A stretch of 40,768 nucleotides of DNA from NCBI GenBank assembly GCA_045599885.1, contig JAZRWU010000100.1:1-40768 (forward strand). Reading direction: 5' to 3'. This stretch comes from Bacteroidales bacterium (GTDB lineage: Bacteria > Bacteroidota > Bacteroidia > Bacteroidales > UBA1402). Every line of letters starts with the position of its first letter. The first letter of the stretch is position 1. A program made the translations under genes and the position numbers. The notes beneath the pieces were generated by a model. That model did no database searches. It was not told where the DNA came from and was given only the letters and a program-made list of their open reading frames with translations. This document shows, piece after piece, positions 16,475 through 26,338 of the stretch.

Positions 16475-18573
16475 ATCATGACATCTTCAGCATTGACGGA
16501 ACTTGAGTCCACCAGATTCAGAGGGCCGGAATAAGAAGTGATATTCTGGATGAAACGTGGTTGTTCAGGGAAATATACCGTCCAGGAACGGTTGTTGAAA
16601 TTTTCAAGCATATTGGGAATTTCAACAAAATACGGTTGATAAGATACTCCTCCCTTGCGTGAGATCATCAATACAGGCAAGGTGTCTTCCGCAAGATTAT
16701 CCAATAACAGTGGAATATTATCCCAATTATACCACTCATTGAGTACGATTGCCTTATTGGTCGATTTTCTGATCACATCGCGAAGATGCACTATGGTAGT
16801 CGGATGAGCATATATCTCCGGCAGCTCCACAAGATTTCCGGCGTACGAAAAGGCCCTTTTGATAAAAGAATGGAAACCCTGCTCATATTCGGCCCGCTCC
16901 GGAATAATCAGCACCAGTCTTCGGATACTGGCGGGCGGCGTGTCAATATGGTTGATATAAAGATTGCAGCGCACCTGATCGACAATAGCAGACAAACGCT
17001 CCTTAACAGGACGGTCCTGCAGATGTACCTTGCGGTGCAAGGCTATCATCACGTCACTGATGTCATATTCGCGGGCCGTAAGAGCGATTCCACGGGGAAT
17101 ATCCGTATCGTAACGCATGATCTGATGCATGTCCAGCTCCACGGAGGCGGCATATTGTGCGGTCATATCCAACAAATTGCGGGCTTCTTTCTTGTTTCCG
17201 CTCTCGCTTTCGTCCACAACGCTCAAAGCATATATATCCTCCTGATTCATCCGTGAGAACAAAACAATCTGCAATAAGTTCTCAATAATACGCGGATTGG
17301 AGACAGGTATCAGAATGCGGGATTGCACAGCCTCTCCTGCCTGTTCCTCATCGGTACGGTCAAGCAGCAATGATTTCGCCCCTCTCTCCGTCACAAAAGA
17401 ACTGACGAGACAGGAAATCAAAATCATCACGACACTGCCATTCAGAATATAATCATTCAGAAGCCTGACAGGTTGTCCGTTGTCGGAATAACCGAGAATA
17501 ATATTGTATCCAATCATCACTACGGCCAACGTCACCGCCGCGCGGCCGCTTGACAAACCGAACAACACATCGGCCTCCCCCCCGCTCATCTTATAGACCG
17601 GCCTCATTGACTGAGCGGCCAACCATTTGGAAACCAGAACAATGACAGTCATCAGCAAAGCAATCAACAATGCTTGCGGTCCATGAAAGAACACCCGCAA
17701 ATCTATCATCATTCCGATACTGATCAGGAAATAGGGGAAGAACAGCGCATTACCCACAAATTCGACCCTGTTCATCAATGAAGACAATTTGGGAACCTCG
17801 CGATTCAAGGCCAATCCTGTGAAAAAGGCTCCCAATATTCCTTGAAATCCTGCCAGTTCTGTCAGCAAAGCACCGAAAAAAGCCATGGCGAGGACAAAGA
17901 CAAAACGAAGCACTCCATCCTTGTTGTATTTCAAAAACCAGTGACTCAATCTTGGAACGGCCAGAAAAATGACAGCCAATGCTACTATCATTTTGACAAT
18001 CATTCCCATCCATAATACGCCCTGACTACCCTCGCTGAAACGGCAATCTATCACTGCCAACAGAATCATCGACAAAGTCACCGCCACCACAGTTCCTCCT
18101 ACGGCGATATTGACAGCACGCCTCTTGGCGAGTCCATATCGGCTGATTATCGGAAACGAAACCAGGGTATGGGATGCGAACATACTGGAAATCAATACTG
18201 AAGTGGCAACGCTGTAATGAAGTATCCAGTGAGAGAGGGCAAATCCGGACAGGGCTGGAATCAAACTGCTTGTCAGACCGAAAACGATGCTCTTGCCACG
18301 GTTGAGTCTCAGATCGGCAATATCAATCTCCATTCCGGCCAGAAACATGATGTAATACAATCCGACCTTCCCGAAAACATCTATGCTTCTGTCAAATGGG
18401 AGAATGTTGAGAGCGTAGGGTCCAAGCAACAGACCCGCGAGAATCATTCCGACAATATGAGGAATATGAAGTCTCTTCAAAAGAATAGGTGCCAACAATA
18501 CAATCAGCAGCACCATCAGAAAAATCGCAATCGGATTTTCTATGGGAAGAGAAATGCCAAGAAAAGAATCCAT
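16471..18573 (-). CDS. CPA2-family cation:proton antiporter with a C-terminal cytoplasmic (USP-like) regulatory region
   Basis: About 400 aa of polytopic Na+/H+-exchanger-like membrane domain (GMILAGLLLGPYALN...), then about 290 soluble aa. I prefer ATG 18573 over the TTG at 18642 because a TATCTTTG box sits at 18613..18620. Confidence 0.85.
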   Translation of the reverse strand: MDSFLGISLPIENPIAIFLMVLLIVLLAPILLKRLHIPHIVGMILAGLLLGPYALNILPFDRSIDVFGKVGLYYIMFLAGMEIDIADLRLNRGKSIVFGLTSSLIPALSGFALSHWILHYSVATSVLISSMFASHTLVSFPIISRYGLAKRRAVNIAVGGTVVAVTLSMILLAVIDCRFSEGSQGVLWMGMIVKMIVALAVIFLAVPRLSHWFLKYNKDGVLRFVFVLAMAFFGALLTELAGFQGILGAFFTGLALNREVPKLSSLMNRVEFVGNALFFPYFLISIGMMIDLRVFFHGPQALLIALLMTVIVLVSKWLAAQSMRPVYKMSGGEADVLFGLSSGRAAVTLAVVMIGYNIILGYSDNGQPVRLLNDYILNGSVVMILISCLVSSFVTERGAKSLLLDRTDEEQAGEAVQSRILIPVSNPRIIENLLQIVLFSRMNQEDIYALSVVDESESGNKKEARNLLDMTAQYAASVELDMHQIMRYDTDIPRGIALTAREYDISDVMIALHRKVHLQDRPVKERLSAIVDQVRCNLYINHIDTPPASIRRLVLIIPERAEYEQGFHSFIKRAFSYAGNLVELPEIYAHPTTIVHLRDVIRKSTNKAIVLNEWYNWDNIPLLLDNLAEDTLPVLMISRKGGVSYQPYFVEIPNMLENFNNRSWTVYFPEQPRFIQNITSYSGPLNLVDSSSVNAEDVMI

Positions 18574-18612
18574 TTCCTCTATGTGGGTTCTGAAAAACAA
18601 CTTTGTTGAAGG

Positions 18613-18620
18613 CAAAGATA
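18613..18620 (-). promoter_or_regulatory. -7 promoter box (TATCTTTG) for the antiporter-tcdA-lolD-lipid kinase-acyltransferase unit
   Basis: The reverse complement of caaagata matches TAnnTTTG, about 40 nt upstream of ATG 18573. Confidence 0.4.
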
Positions 18621-18664
18621 CGATTATTCTGTTGAAAAACAATCTACACGCCTGACTCTCATTA

Positions 18665-19645
18665 TCAAGGCACCACAGAACATGGGAGACATTCCCTGAA
18701 CACCTTGCCGTTCTGACTGAAACACTCCACTTTTATGAAATAACAGCCATTTGGCATCGTCTTTCCCGCCGCATCCAAGCCGTTCCACACATAACATCCT
18801 GCCGCACCAAGCAAGGCATTACGGACGATATCGAGCACAGGCGCACCGTCCCAAGAATATAAGGTCACATTGGCCACCAAAGGGCCCATTTCCGATGATT
18901 CCCCGCATAAATAATGGAGATACATATATGAGCAGCTGTCCAAACGCCCCGGAGCGACCCATTTCCGCTCCAAACGGAATTGGACGGAAAGACTTTGATT
19001 CTCCATTTCAAAATATTCAAAGTCACGATATTGGGAATTGATTCTGCCAGGAGTCGCATAACCGGCGTCCGTTGAGGCCGAGCACCAGTAGCGGCTTTCT
19101 GACGAGGCCAAACGGGGGTGAATTTTTTCCAACGAAATACCTTCGCGATTGGAAATCAAAGGATAATGCATATTGCGGGAATAATCGAACTCATCGACGA
19201 TTCTATCGTCACGGGCGGTGAGCACAACCTCTCCAGCATCGTTGGGCAAAGATGGGAAGCTATTGATTGTCAAATGAATACAATCAGAAATATGAGGATA
19301 ATCCATACACAGACGATTGAAATCAGAAGTCAGCAGGCAATATTCTCCCGAGGGCAGGATATATGACACTTTACTTAACTGACGGGCAGTCCCCAAGGCC
19401 CCTGAACCGTTCCTGTTTCGGATATAATAATCCGAAAGGTCCAAATCGCGCTGCGACACATTGACTACTTCCACAAAATCCACACCATCGCCCAAAGGAT
19501 CGAAAAGGACTTCGTTAATACTCAATTCCGCCTCTGTCAGGACATAGACGCTCTGACTGTCGTTTTCCATGACCGGCACTTCTTCCATTGAGCAGGCGGA
19601 CAATAAAATCATGCCGCCTGTCAGAACACTTTTGGAAGTTCTCAT
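18665..19645 (-). CDS. lamin-tail-domain (LTD) lipoprotein with a C-terminal FlgD-Ig-like domain
   Basis: Signal plus Cys in MRTSKSVLTGGMILLSAC. The LTD signature is INEVLFDPLGDGVDFVEVVNVSQRDLDLSDYYI. The C-terminus YSWDGAPV...WNGLDAAGKTMPNGCYFIKV is FlgD-Ig-like. Confidence 0.7.
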   Translation of the reverse strand: MRTSKSVLTGGMILLSACSMEEVPVMENDSQSVYVLTEAELSINEVLFDPLGDGVDFVEVVNVSQRDLDLSDYYIRNRNGSGALGTARQLSKVSYILPSGEYCLLTSDFNRLCMDYPHISDCIHLTINSFPSLPNDAGEVVLTARDDRIVDEFDYSRNMHYPLISNREGISLEKIHPRLASSESRYWCSASTDAGYATPGRINSQYRDFEYFEMENQSLSVQFRLERKWVAPGRLDSCSYMYLHYLCGESSEMGPLVANVTLYSWDGAPVLDIVRNALLGAAGCYVWNGLDAAGKTMPNGCYFIKVECFSQNGKVFRECLPCSVVP

Positions 19646-19652
19646 ATTTTAT

Positions 19653-19660
19653 TACTTTTG
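19653..19660 (+). promoter_or_regulatory. -7 promoter box (TACTTTTG) for asd
   Basis: Exact TAnnTTTG match about 74 nt upstream of ATG 19734. Confidence 0.35.
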
Positions 19661-19733
19661 CGTTTGATAATTACGCTCCGAAATTAGAATCGATTTTCGA
19701 ATAAGAAAACACTAAATTAATAAATTATTTACA

Positions 19734-20744
19734 ATGAAAATTGCAATTGTCGGCACCAGTGGTGCTGTCGGACAAGAATTCCTCAGAGTATTGGCGGAGA
19801 GAAATTTCCCTATGGACGAACTGGTGTTGTTCGGGTCTTCCCGCAGCGCCGGAAGCTCCTATAATTTCAAAGGCCGTGACATCGTGGTTAAAGAGTTGAA
19901 ACACAACGATGATTTTAAGGATATTGATATCGCATTCGTATCAGCGGGGGCTGGCACGTCAAAAGAATTTGCCGAGACAATCACCAAACACGGCACCATC
20001 ATGATTGACAACTCCAGCGCATTCCGCATGGACGATGATGTGCCATTGGTTGTTCCTGAAGTGAATCCGGAAGACGCTCTCGTACGTCCGCGCGGCATCA
20101 TCGCCAACCCCAACTGCACCACCATCCAAATGGTTGTCGCACTCAAAGCCATTGAATCTTTGAGCCATATCAAACGTGTCCATGTATCTACGTATCAGGC
20201 AGCCAGCGGTGCCGGTGCATTAGCCATGAAAGAATTGGTGGAACAATATGCCCAACTTGCCCGAGGAGAGGAAGCCACGGTGGAAAAATTCTACTATCAG
20301 CTGGCTTATAATCTCATTCCGCAAGTGGATGTGTTCACCGACAACGGTTACACCAAAGAGGAGATGAAAATGTACAACGAGACCCGCAAGATCATGCATT
20401 CCGACATTCAGGTCAGTGCCATGTGTGTCCGTGTTCCCGTTCTCCGCGCCCACAGCGAAAGCATCTGGATTGAAACGGAGCAACCTGTTTCCGTGGAAGC
20501 CGCCCGCAAAGCCTTTTCAGAAGGTGAAGGTCTGGTGCTGCAAGACAATCCGGCCGAAAAAGAATATCCGATGCCTCTCTTCCTTTCCGGCACAGACCCA
20601 GTCTTTGTCGGCCGCATCCGCAAAGACTTGAGCAATCCCAACGGATTGGCATTCTGGATTGTCGGCGACCAAATCAAGAAAGGTGCGGCCCTCAACGCTG
20701 TCCAGATTGCTGAATATCTGGTCAGAATCGGCAACGTGAAATAA
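19734..20744 (+). CDS. asd: aspartate-semialdehyde dehydrogenase
   Basis: [16 protein letters not shown], the active-site segment [12 protein letters not shown] and the conserved [10 protein letters not shown] are present. Confidence 0.95.
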   Translation: MKIAIVGTSGAVGQEFLRVLAERNFPMDELVLFGSSRSAGSSYNFKGRDIVVKELKHNDDFKDIDIAFVSAGAGTSKEFAETITKHGTIMIDNSSAFRMDDDVPLVVPEVNPEDALVRPRGIIANPNCTTIQMVVALKAIESLSHIKRVHVSTYQAASGAGALAMKELVEQYAQLARGEEATVEKFYYQLAYNLIPQVDVFTDNGYTKEEMKMYNETRKIMHSDIQVSAMCVRVPVLRAHSESIWIETEQPVSVEAARKAFSEGEGLVLQDNPAEKEYPMPLFLSGTDPVFVGRIRKDLSNPNGLAFWIVGDQIKKGAALNAVQIAEYLVRIGNVK

Positions 20745-20766
20745 TATCATCCCATCAAAATACGAA

Positions 20767-20806
20767 AAGGGTGGCGCAGTCATAAAACGCGCCACCTTTC
20801 GTTTTT
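20767..20806. terminator. rho-independent terminator between convergent asd and the FKBP gene
   Basis: Stem ggtggcgc (20770..20777) pairs with gcgccacc (20789..20796) around an 11-nt loop. It is followed by tttcgttttt, and an A-rich tract on the other side allows bidirectional use. Confidence 0.7.
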
Positions 20807-20829
20807 CAGAATAATGCCGGTTGTCGCGC

Positions 20830-21357
20830 CTAATCTTTGATTTCTTTCAATTCCACATCAAAAACCAAAGTGGAATAGGCGGGAATACGGGGAGTGGAAT
20901 AATAATATTCAGTGCTTCCATATCCCAGATAATAAGGGATATAGACTATCCAATGAGCTCCTACGGGCATGTGGAGCAAAGCATAGTAGAAACCGTCGAT
21001 CAGGCTGGTGGAACTGCCCAGAGAAAAAGTCGAATAACCGCTGTCGAACCGTTCTCCGTTATAGAAACTTCCGGTATAATTCACCACCACCGACTGGCCG
21101 GACAATGGACGTCGACCGTCGGCATCTTTAATAACCTTATAGAATACACCCGTAGCAGGCATTTTTTGGAGTTCAACGCCTTCCTTTTGGCTGATAAGGG
21201 TATCGCAATGCTCCAATGGGAAAATATCCGTTGAATCTTTCAATCCTTCCATAAATGCCTCATTGGCCTTATGCCAACGGATGGTATCCTGATCTTCGAG
21301 ACAGGAAGCCATGACGAAACAACAGACTATACTCAATAAGAGTGGCAATCGCTTCAT
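20830..21357 (-). CDS. FKBP-type peptidyl-prolyl cis-trans isomerase lipoprotein
   Basis: Signal plus Cys in MKRLPLLLSIVCCFVMASC. The FKBP core is VVVNYTGSFYNGERFDS...IDGFYYALLHMPVGAHW...IPAYSTLVFDVELKEI. Confidence 0.85.
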   Translation of the reverse strand: MKRLPLLLSIVCCFVMASCLEDQDTIRWHKANEAFMEGLKDSTDIFPLEHCDTLISQKEGVELQKMPATGVFYKVIKDADGRRPLSGQSVVVNYTGSFYNGERFDSGYSTFSLGSSTSLIDGFYYALLHMPVGAHWIVYIPYYLGYGSTEYYYSTPRIPAYSTLVFDVELKEIKD

Positions 21358-21393
21358 TTTGCAATAATTGTATAATAAATTCCAAATTCACGA

Positions 21394-21401
21394 CAAAGAT
21401 A
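21394..21401 (-). promoter_or_regulatory. -7 promoter box (TATCTTTG) for the FKBP gene
   Basis: The reverse complement of caaagata matches TAnnTTTG, about 36 nt upstream of ATG 21357. Confidence 0.4.
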
Positions 21402-21433
21402 AGAAAAATACTTCCGTTTGATGCTATCCTTAT

Positions 21434-21441
21434 TATCTTTG
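21434..21441 (+). promoter_or_regulatory. -7 promoter box (TATCTTTG) for the pectate lyase gene
   Basis: Exact TAnnTTTG match about 77 nt upstream of ATG 21519. Confidence 0.4.
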
Positions 21442-21518
21442 CATATTCTGTCGTCCGTGGACCCATTCTGTGGACTGACAGAACCATCAATATGCTGATT
21501 ATTGTTAATTAAATAGTT

Positions 21519-24035
21519 ATGAGAACATTACTTGTTGAGAAACGGATTGTTTTTTCCGTTATGCTGTTGTCTTGTGTGGCATTGTCGGCCCAGACTTCAA
21601 AAATCAGAGTTGATCTGAATGATGCGACCAGAGGGAATATGGATGAAATCCTGGAACCAGGTTATGTCGCTTGGGGGGTTCCCGCATTTTCAGAGGAAGC
21701 CAGCATCCACATTGACGGAGTTCAATTTACGCTTACCGCATCCGGCCAAATGACTTCGGCTTGGAATCGGGTGTTTGAGCTCCAGGGCACCGGCAACCGC
21801 CGTCTGACCGGCGACGGCATCAAACTGATGCAAGACCAAGCCGGTTATATTGATTTGTGTATCAAAGGACTTCCTACCGGGAAACATACTATCCAGACAT
21901 ATCACAACTCCTGGATGGGACCGGAGTCCTATCAGACAGCCCCTATTTCGGTCTATTGCAACGGCAAACTGATTCACAACAGTGTTCCCACCAGTTTGTT
22001 GAGCGAGACTTCCGGCAACTCCTGCGCTTTGCAGACCACTTTCAAAGCCGGCAAAGGCAAAGATGTCCATATCCGTTTCGTGACCACCCAGACGGCGGAT
22101 GGAAAGGCTTTGCAGGAATGTTCTCCTATTTTGAACGGCTTTGAAATCGATATGCCATCCGTAAAAGACAGAGCTCAGAATCCAAGCCCTGCCAACGACG
22201 ATCTTCATGCTGATGGCGACAAAGGTTCTGTTCTCCTTGCTTGGGAAGCCGCCAATGCGAAAGTGAAACGTCACCACCTATTCTTCGGAACCGACTCTGC
22301 CGCCGTGGCTGCCGCCGATTTCAAGAGTCCGTTGTATGCCGGTGCACTCACCAATAGCCAATGGACGGCTGAAAACACCTATAATCTCGAAGACTATTAT
22401 TGGCGCGTAGATGTGGAAAGTCAAAGCGGAGACATCACGGAAGGCTGTGTATGGCATTTCCGTCCCAGACATCTGGCGTTCCGCGATGCAGAAGGCTACG
22501 GACGTTTCGCTACTGGCGGACGTGGCGGCAAAGTAATCTATGTGACCAATCTGAACGACAGCGGCCCAGGCAGCTTCCGTGATGCCATCGAAAACGCTGA
22601 AGGTCCGAGGACAGTCGTATTTGCCGTTTCCGGCATTATTGATCTGAAATCCAGAATCATCTGTCACGACAAATTCATCACTATCGCCGGTCAGACTGCT
22701 CCTGGCAAAGGTATTTGCTTCAGTTCCGCACCCATTGGCATCGGCAGCGAGGGTATTTGCCGCTTTATCCGTTCCCGCATCGGTGCCGGTACCACTTACG
22801 ACGGCATGGGTATGGCCGGAAGCCGCAACAGCATCACCGACCACTGCTCCATCAGTTGGACCATCGATGAAGGATTCTCTTCGCGCAACGGACACAACTT
22901 CACTCTCCAGCGCACTATGATCGCGGAAGCGTTGAACATTGCAGGACATGCTCATTATCAGAGAGGAAAAGCTCACGGATATGCTGCTTCCATCGGAGGT
23001 GACATAGGCACTTTCCATCACAATCTTCTGGTCCACAATTCCGGCCGTAACTGGAGTATGGCAGGTGGCTTGGACGGAGACGGCTATTATTCCGGAAGAT
23101 TGGATATTTTCAACAATGTCGTATATAACTGGAACACCCGTACCACGGATGGTGGCGCTCACGAGGTCAATTTCGTAAACAACTATTACAAGGCCGGCCC
23201 CGCTTCGGAACACATGTACATCCTGACAGCCGAGCTCGAAGGCTTGGGCAAAGGCTCCCAATCGTATTATTACAAAGGCAATGTCCTTCAGAAACAGGAT
23301 GGAAGCTTTGCCTGCGACGGTACGGACGACACTTGCGGCAGAACTTATAAACTGATGCGTAATCAGGTATTGGATTGGACGCTGTGGGTTGACAAGCCAT
23401 TCTTCCCCTCTTATGCCAGAATTGAAAGCGCCAAAGACGCATACAAGAACGTGTTGAGTGATGTGGGTTGTAATATGCCCGTCTTCGATGAGCACGACAC
23501 GCGCGTCGTCAATGAGACATTGGCTGGCAGTTACCAATTCTCCGGCAGCATTTCCGGTCTTCCCGGTCTGATTGACAATGAGAAAGATTGCGGCGGATAC
23601 GAGAACTACGGCACTGAAGAGCGCAATCTCGCCACTTTCGACTCCGATTTGGACGGTCTGCCCAACTGGTGGGAAAAATTATATGGAAGCAATCCTGATT
23701 CTCCCAAGGGCGATTTCAGTGATGCCAACGCCGACCCAGATCACGATGGTTATACTGCTTTGGAAGATTATCTTGAATGGATGGCGACACCCCATTATTA
23801 TTCACAAGCCGGACGTCCCAAAGCCATTGACCTCAACCCGTTGTTCAAAGGCTACACCGCCAATGCCCGTATTTCGTCCGTTCAAAACTCCGACAACGCC
23901 ACCGTCAATTATAACGGAATGTCGCTTTCCATCAATCCCAACAGCGGATTCACCGGCATCTCCTACTTTGATGTCGTGATTACCGACGATGAAGGCAGCA
24001 CCATGACCCGGCGCATCGGTTTGCTGGTAATGTAA
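21519..24035 (+). CDS. secreted multi-domain pectate lyase (PL1-like) with an N-terminal accessory domain, an Fn3-like domain and C-terminal Ca-binding (TSP3-like) repeats
   Basis: Signal peptide, then the PL1 hallmark [55 protein letters not shown]...[13 protein letters not shown]...[13 protein letters not shown]...[13 protein letters not shown]. The C-terminal region is [22 protein letters not shown]...[20 protein letters not shown]. Confidence 0.8.
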   Translation: MRTLLVEKRIVFSVMLLSCVALSAQTSKIRVDLNDATRGNMDEILEPGYVAWGVPAFSEEASIHIDGVQFTLTASGQMTSAWNRVFELQGTGNRRLTGDGIKLMQDQAGYIDLCIKGLPTGKHTIQTYHNSWMGPESYQTAPISVYCNGKLIHNSVPTSLLSETSGNSCALQTTFKAGKGKDVHIRFVTTQTADGKALQECSPILNGFEIDMPSVKDRAQNPSPANDDLHADGDKGSVLLAWEAANAKVKRHHLFFGTDSAAVAAADFKSPLYAGALTNSQWTAENTYNLEDYYWRVDVESQSGDITEGCVWHFRPRHLAFRDAEGYGRFATGGRGGKVIYVTNLNDSGPGSFRDAIENAEGPRTVVFAVSGIIDLKSRIICHDKFITIAGQTAPGKGICFSSAPIGIGSEGICRFIRSRIGAGTTYDGMGMAGSRNSITDHCSISWTIDEGFSSRNGHNFTLQRTMIAEALNIAGHAHYQRGKAHGYAASIGGDIGTFHHNLLVHNSGRNWSMAGGLDGDGYYSGRLDIFNNVVYNWNTRTTDGGAHEVNFVNNYYKAGPASEHMYILTAELEGLGKGSQSYYYKGNVLQKQDGSFACDGTDDTCGRTYKLMRNQVLDWTLWVDKPFFPSYARIESAKDAYKNVLSDVGCNMPVFDEHDTRVVNETLAGSYQFSGSISGLPGLIDNEKDCGGYENYGTEERNLATFDSDLDGLPNWWEKLYGSNPDSPKGDFSDANADPDHDGYTALEDYLEWMATPHYYSQAGRPKAIDLNPLFKGYTANARISSVQNSDNATVNYNGMSLSINPNSGFTGISYFDVVITDDEGSTMTRRIGLLVM

Positions 24036-24043
24036 TGACCGAT

Positions 24044-24051
24044 TATCTTTG
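24044..24051 (+). promoter_or_regulatory. -7 promoter box (TATCTTTG) for the dut-TPR-DUF4292-M23 unit
   Basis: Exact TAnnTTTG match about 26 nt upstream of ATG 24077. This supports the shorter dut start. Confidence 0.4.
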
Positions 24052-24076
24052 TGACACCGAACTATCACATTCTTTT

Positions 24077-24511
24077 ATGAAAATAAAAATCGTCAACAAA
24101 TCGAATCATCCTCTTCCTCAGTATGCCACTCCTTATTCTGCCGGCCTTGATTTAAGGGCCAATCTGGCGGAGCCCGTCACATTGAAACCATTGGAGCGCA
24201 AACTGATTCCAACAGGACTGTATATCGAGCTTCCCATTGGTTACGAGGCACAAATACGTCCCAGAAGTGGATTGGCTCTCAAAAAGGGAATCACCGTTCT
24301 CAACACTCCGGGCACAATTGATGCGGATTATCGCGGTGAAATAGGAGTGATTCTTGTCAACCTGTCCGCCGAGGAATTCATCGTGGAAGATGGAGAAAGG
24401 ATTTGCCAGATGGTGATTGCGGCCCACGCCCAAGCTGAATGGGAATGTGTCGGAGAGTTGAGTTCCACGGAGCGAGGTGCCGGAGGTTTTGGTCATACAG
24501 GGAAAAAATAA
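24077..24511 (+). CDS. dut: dUTP diphosphatase
   Basis: [28 protein letters not shown]...[10 protein letters not shown]...[17 protein letters not shown]...[11 protein letters not shown] are the canonical dUTPase motifs. The ATG at 24035 would add 14 non-conserved residues, so I reject it. Confidence 0.93.
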   Translation: MKIKIVNKSNHPLPQYATPYSAGLDLRANLAEPVTLKPLERKLIPTGLYIELPIGYEAQIRPRSGLALKKGITVLNTPGTIDADYRGEIGVILVNLSAEEFIVEDGERICQMVIAAHAQAEWECVGELSSTERGAGGFGHTGKK

Positions 24512-24518
24512 ATCTGCG

Positions 24519-26330
24519 ATGAGACCTAAGATTCTCCTTATTGTCCTTTTGTGCCTGTTGTTTCAGATACAGGTTTTCTCTCAACAACCCATCGCGCCGA
24601 AAAACGATGCGTTTTTGAGTGACAGGGAGATTCTTTCGTCTCAGCAAACCGATTCGCTTCTGCACCTGACTTTACTCAGGGCCGACAGTGTCCGAGAGGA
24701 GATTTCCAAAGACGCGGCCTTTTCCTTTTTGTTTCAAGAAGCGCTCCGGGCTAAGGCTAATGAGAAATATGCCTTGGGGCTTAAATTGTTGCAGGAATGT
24801 GTCAAACTTGATTCCACTCAAGCAGATACCTACTATGAGCTGACCCCGTTTTTCCTTTCGCGCAACCAAAAGGATTCTGCTTTTCAGTCATTGAAGCGGG
24901 CGCATGAATTTAATCCCGGGAATTATTGGTACACGCTTCAACTGGCCCAGTTCTATCAGACTCTGGAGGATTATCCCAATGCCATCAGATTATGGGAACA
25001 ACTGTCGGAGGGTAAAGGTGAGAAATCTCAAATATTCTTCACTTTAGCCAACCTGTATCTCAAAACGGAGGATTACAGCTCTGCTTTGGACGCTCTTAAC
25101 CGCCTGGAATCAAGTATTGGGAAGCAAGAAGAGCTCAGTATGGCCAAAGCGAGAATCCATTTGGCTCAAGACAACCAAAAACTGGCCATTAAGGAAATCC
25201 AGGCTCTGATAGATAGTCAGAATGACAATCCCCATTATCCTATCCTCCTCAGTGACTTGTATATGACCTTGGGGAATCCGGCAAAATCATATTCCACCCT
25301 AAAAAAGAATCAGAAAGATTATCCCAATGACAGCGAGACGCTGATGGCTCTTGCGGAGTACTACCATCGCAACAACGACACTGTCAACGTCGACAGATGT
25401 TTCCAGCTGCTCTTTGACAATCCGGATGCGGAAATCGGATCCAAATATGCTGCGATTCAATATTATATGGAACGGTATTCGCATCAGAAGGTCAAAATGG
25501 AGTCATTGTTTGACAGAATCATCGCAATGCATCCGGAAGAGTTTTCTTTCCGGGAGCTTCATCTGTCCTGGCTGTTGCAGAACGGCAACAAGGATCAGTC
25601 CAAGAAAGAATTACGGGCTATTCTCGACAGCAATCCCGCTCAGGAGCAGGCTTGGATTGACTTTCTTACCCTGTATCTGGATGACAATTCCGTGGATACC
25701 GTCGCGGCCATTTGCGAGGAAGCTTTGAGTTATTATCCCGAAAACGCTGCTTTCTGGTATTATAAAGGCCTGACCTGTCTGATAAAAGAACAACCGGACT
25801 CTGCCTACAATGCCTTGCTGAAGGTACCACGTTTTGCTGTGCCGGGACAGGAAGTATTGGCTTCCACGGCTTGCGGCGATTTGGGTGACATCTGCCATCA
25901 ACGGGGAGACGTGGAGCAAGCCTACGATTATTACAAGCTGGCTTTGGCTTTCCATCCGAAAAACGCTTCTGCCCTCAACAATTATGCCTATTTCCTCTGT
26001 CTGGAGGGCAATGACCTTGACCGGGCGGAACAGATGTCCAAATTGTCTCTCCAAATTGAATCCAACAACAGCACGTTTTTGGATACTTATGCGTGGATAT
26101 GCTATCGGAAAGGTGATTATACGATGGCCAAAATCTATATAGAAAGAGCTTATATTTATCTTGAACAGCCCAATCCGGAAATTTGCGAGCATTACGGAGA
26201 TATATTATGGGCTTGCGACGAGAAAGAAGCCGCGCAGGCCGAATGGATGAAAGCGGCCGCATTGAATCCTAATCCTTCCGAATCGTTGCGCTACAAGGCT
26301 GAACACGGAGAATTCCCACCATCCCAATAA
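24519..26330 (+). CDS. tetratricopeptide-repeat protein (exported)
   Basis: The signal-like N-terminus is MRPKILLIVLLCLLFQIQVFSQQ. TPR-like helical repeats run throughout (YYELTPFFLSRNQKDSAFQSLKRAHEFNPGNYWY...). Confidence 0.8.
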   Translation: MRPKILLIVLLCLLFQIQVFSQQPIAPKNDAFLSDREILSSQQTDSLLHLTLLRADSVREEISKDAAFSFLFQEALRAKANEKYALGLKLLQECVKLDSTQADTYYELTPFFLSRNQKDSAFQSLKRAHEFNPGNYWYTLQLAQFYQTLEDYPNAIRLWEQLSEGKGEKSQIFFTLANLYLKTEDYSSALDALNRLESSIGKQEELSMAKARIHLAQDNQKLAIKEIQALIDSQNDNPHYPILLSDLYMTLGNPAKSYSTLKKNQKDYPNDSETLMALAEYYHRNNDTVNVDRCFQLLFDNPDAEIGSKYAAIQYYMERYSHQKVKMESLFDRIIAMHPEEFSFRELHLSWLLQNGNKDQSKKELRAILDSNPAQEQAWIDFLTLYLDDNSVDTVAAICEEALSYYPENAAFWYYKGLTCLIKEQPDSAYNALLKVPRFAVPGQEVLASTACGDLGDICHQRGDVEQAYDYYKLALAFHPKNASALNNYAYFLCLEGNDLDRAEQMSKLSLQIESNNSTFLDTYAWICYRKGDYTMAKIYIERAYIYLEQPNPEICEHYGDILWACDEKEAAQAEWMKAAALNPNPSESLRYKAEHGEFPPSQ

Positions 26331-26338
26331 TAAGCATT

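Noticed and set aside
21448-21481. Imperfect inverted repeat ctgtcgtccgtgg...ctgtggactgacag in the pectate lyase leader
   Set aside because: Only short 4-5 bp arms pair, with mismatches and an indel. This is not distinguishable from chance without comparative data.
22278-23537. 419-aa minus-strand ORF
   Set aside because: It is antisense to the PL1 pectate lyase core, has no motifs and has atypical composition. It is a shadow ORF. The same reasoning applies to 21690..22277.
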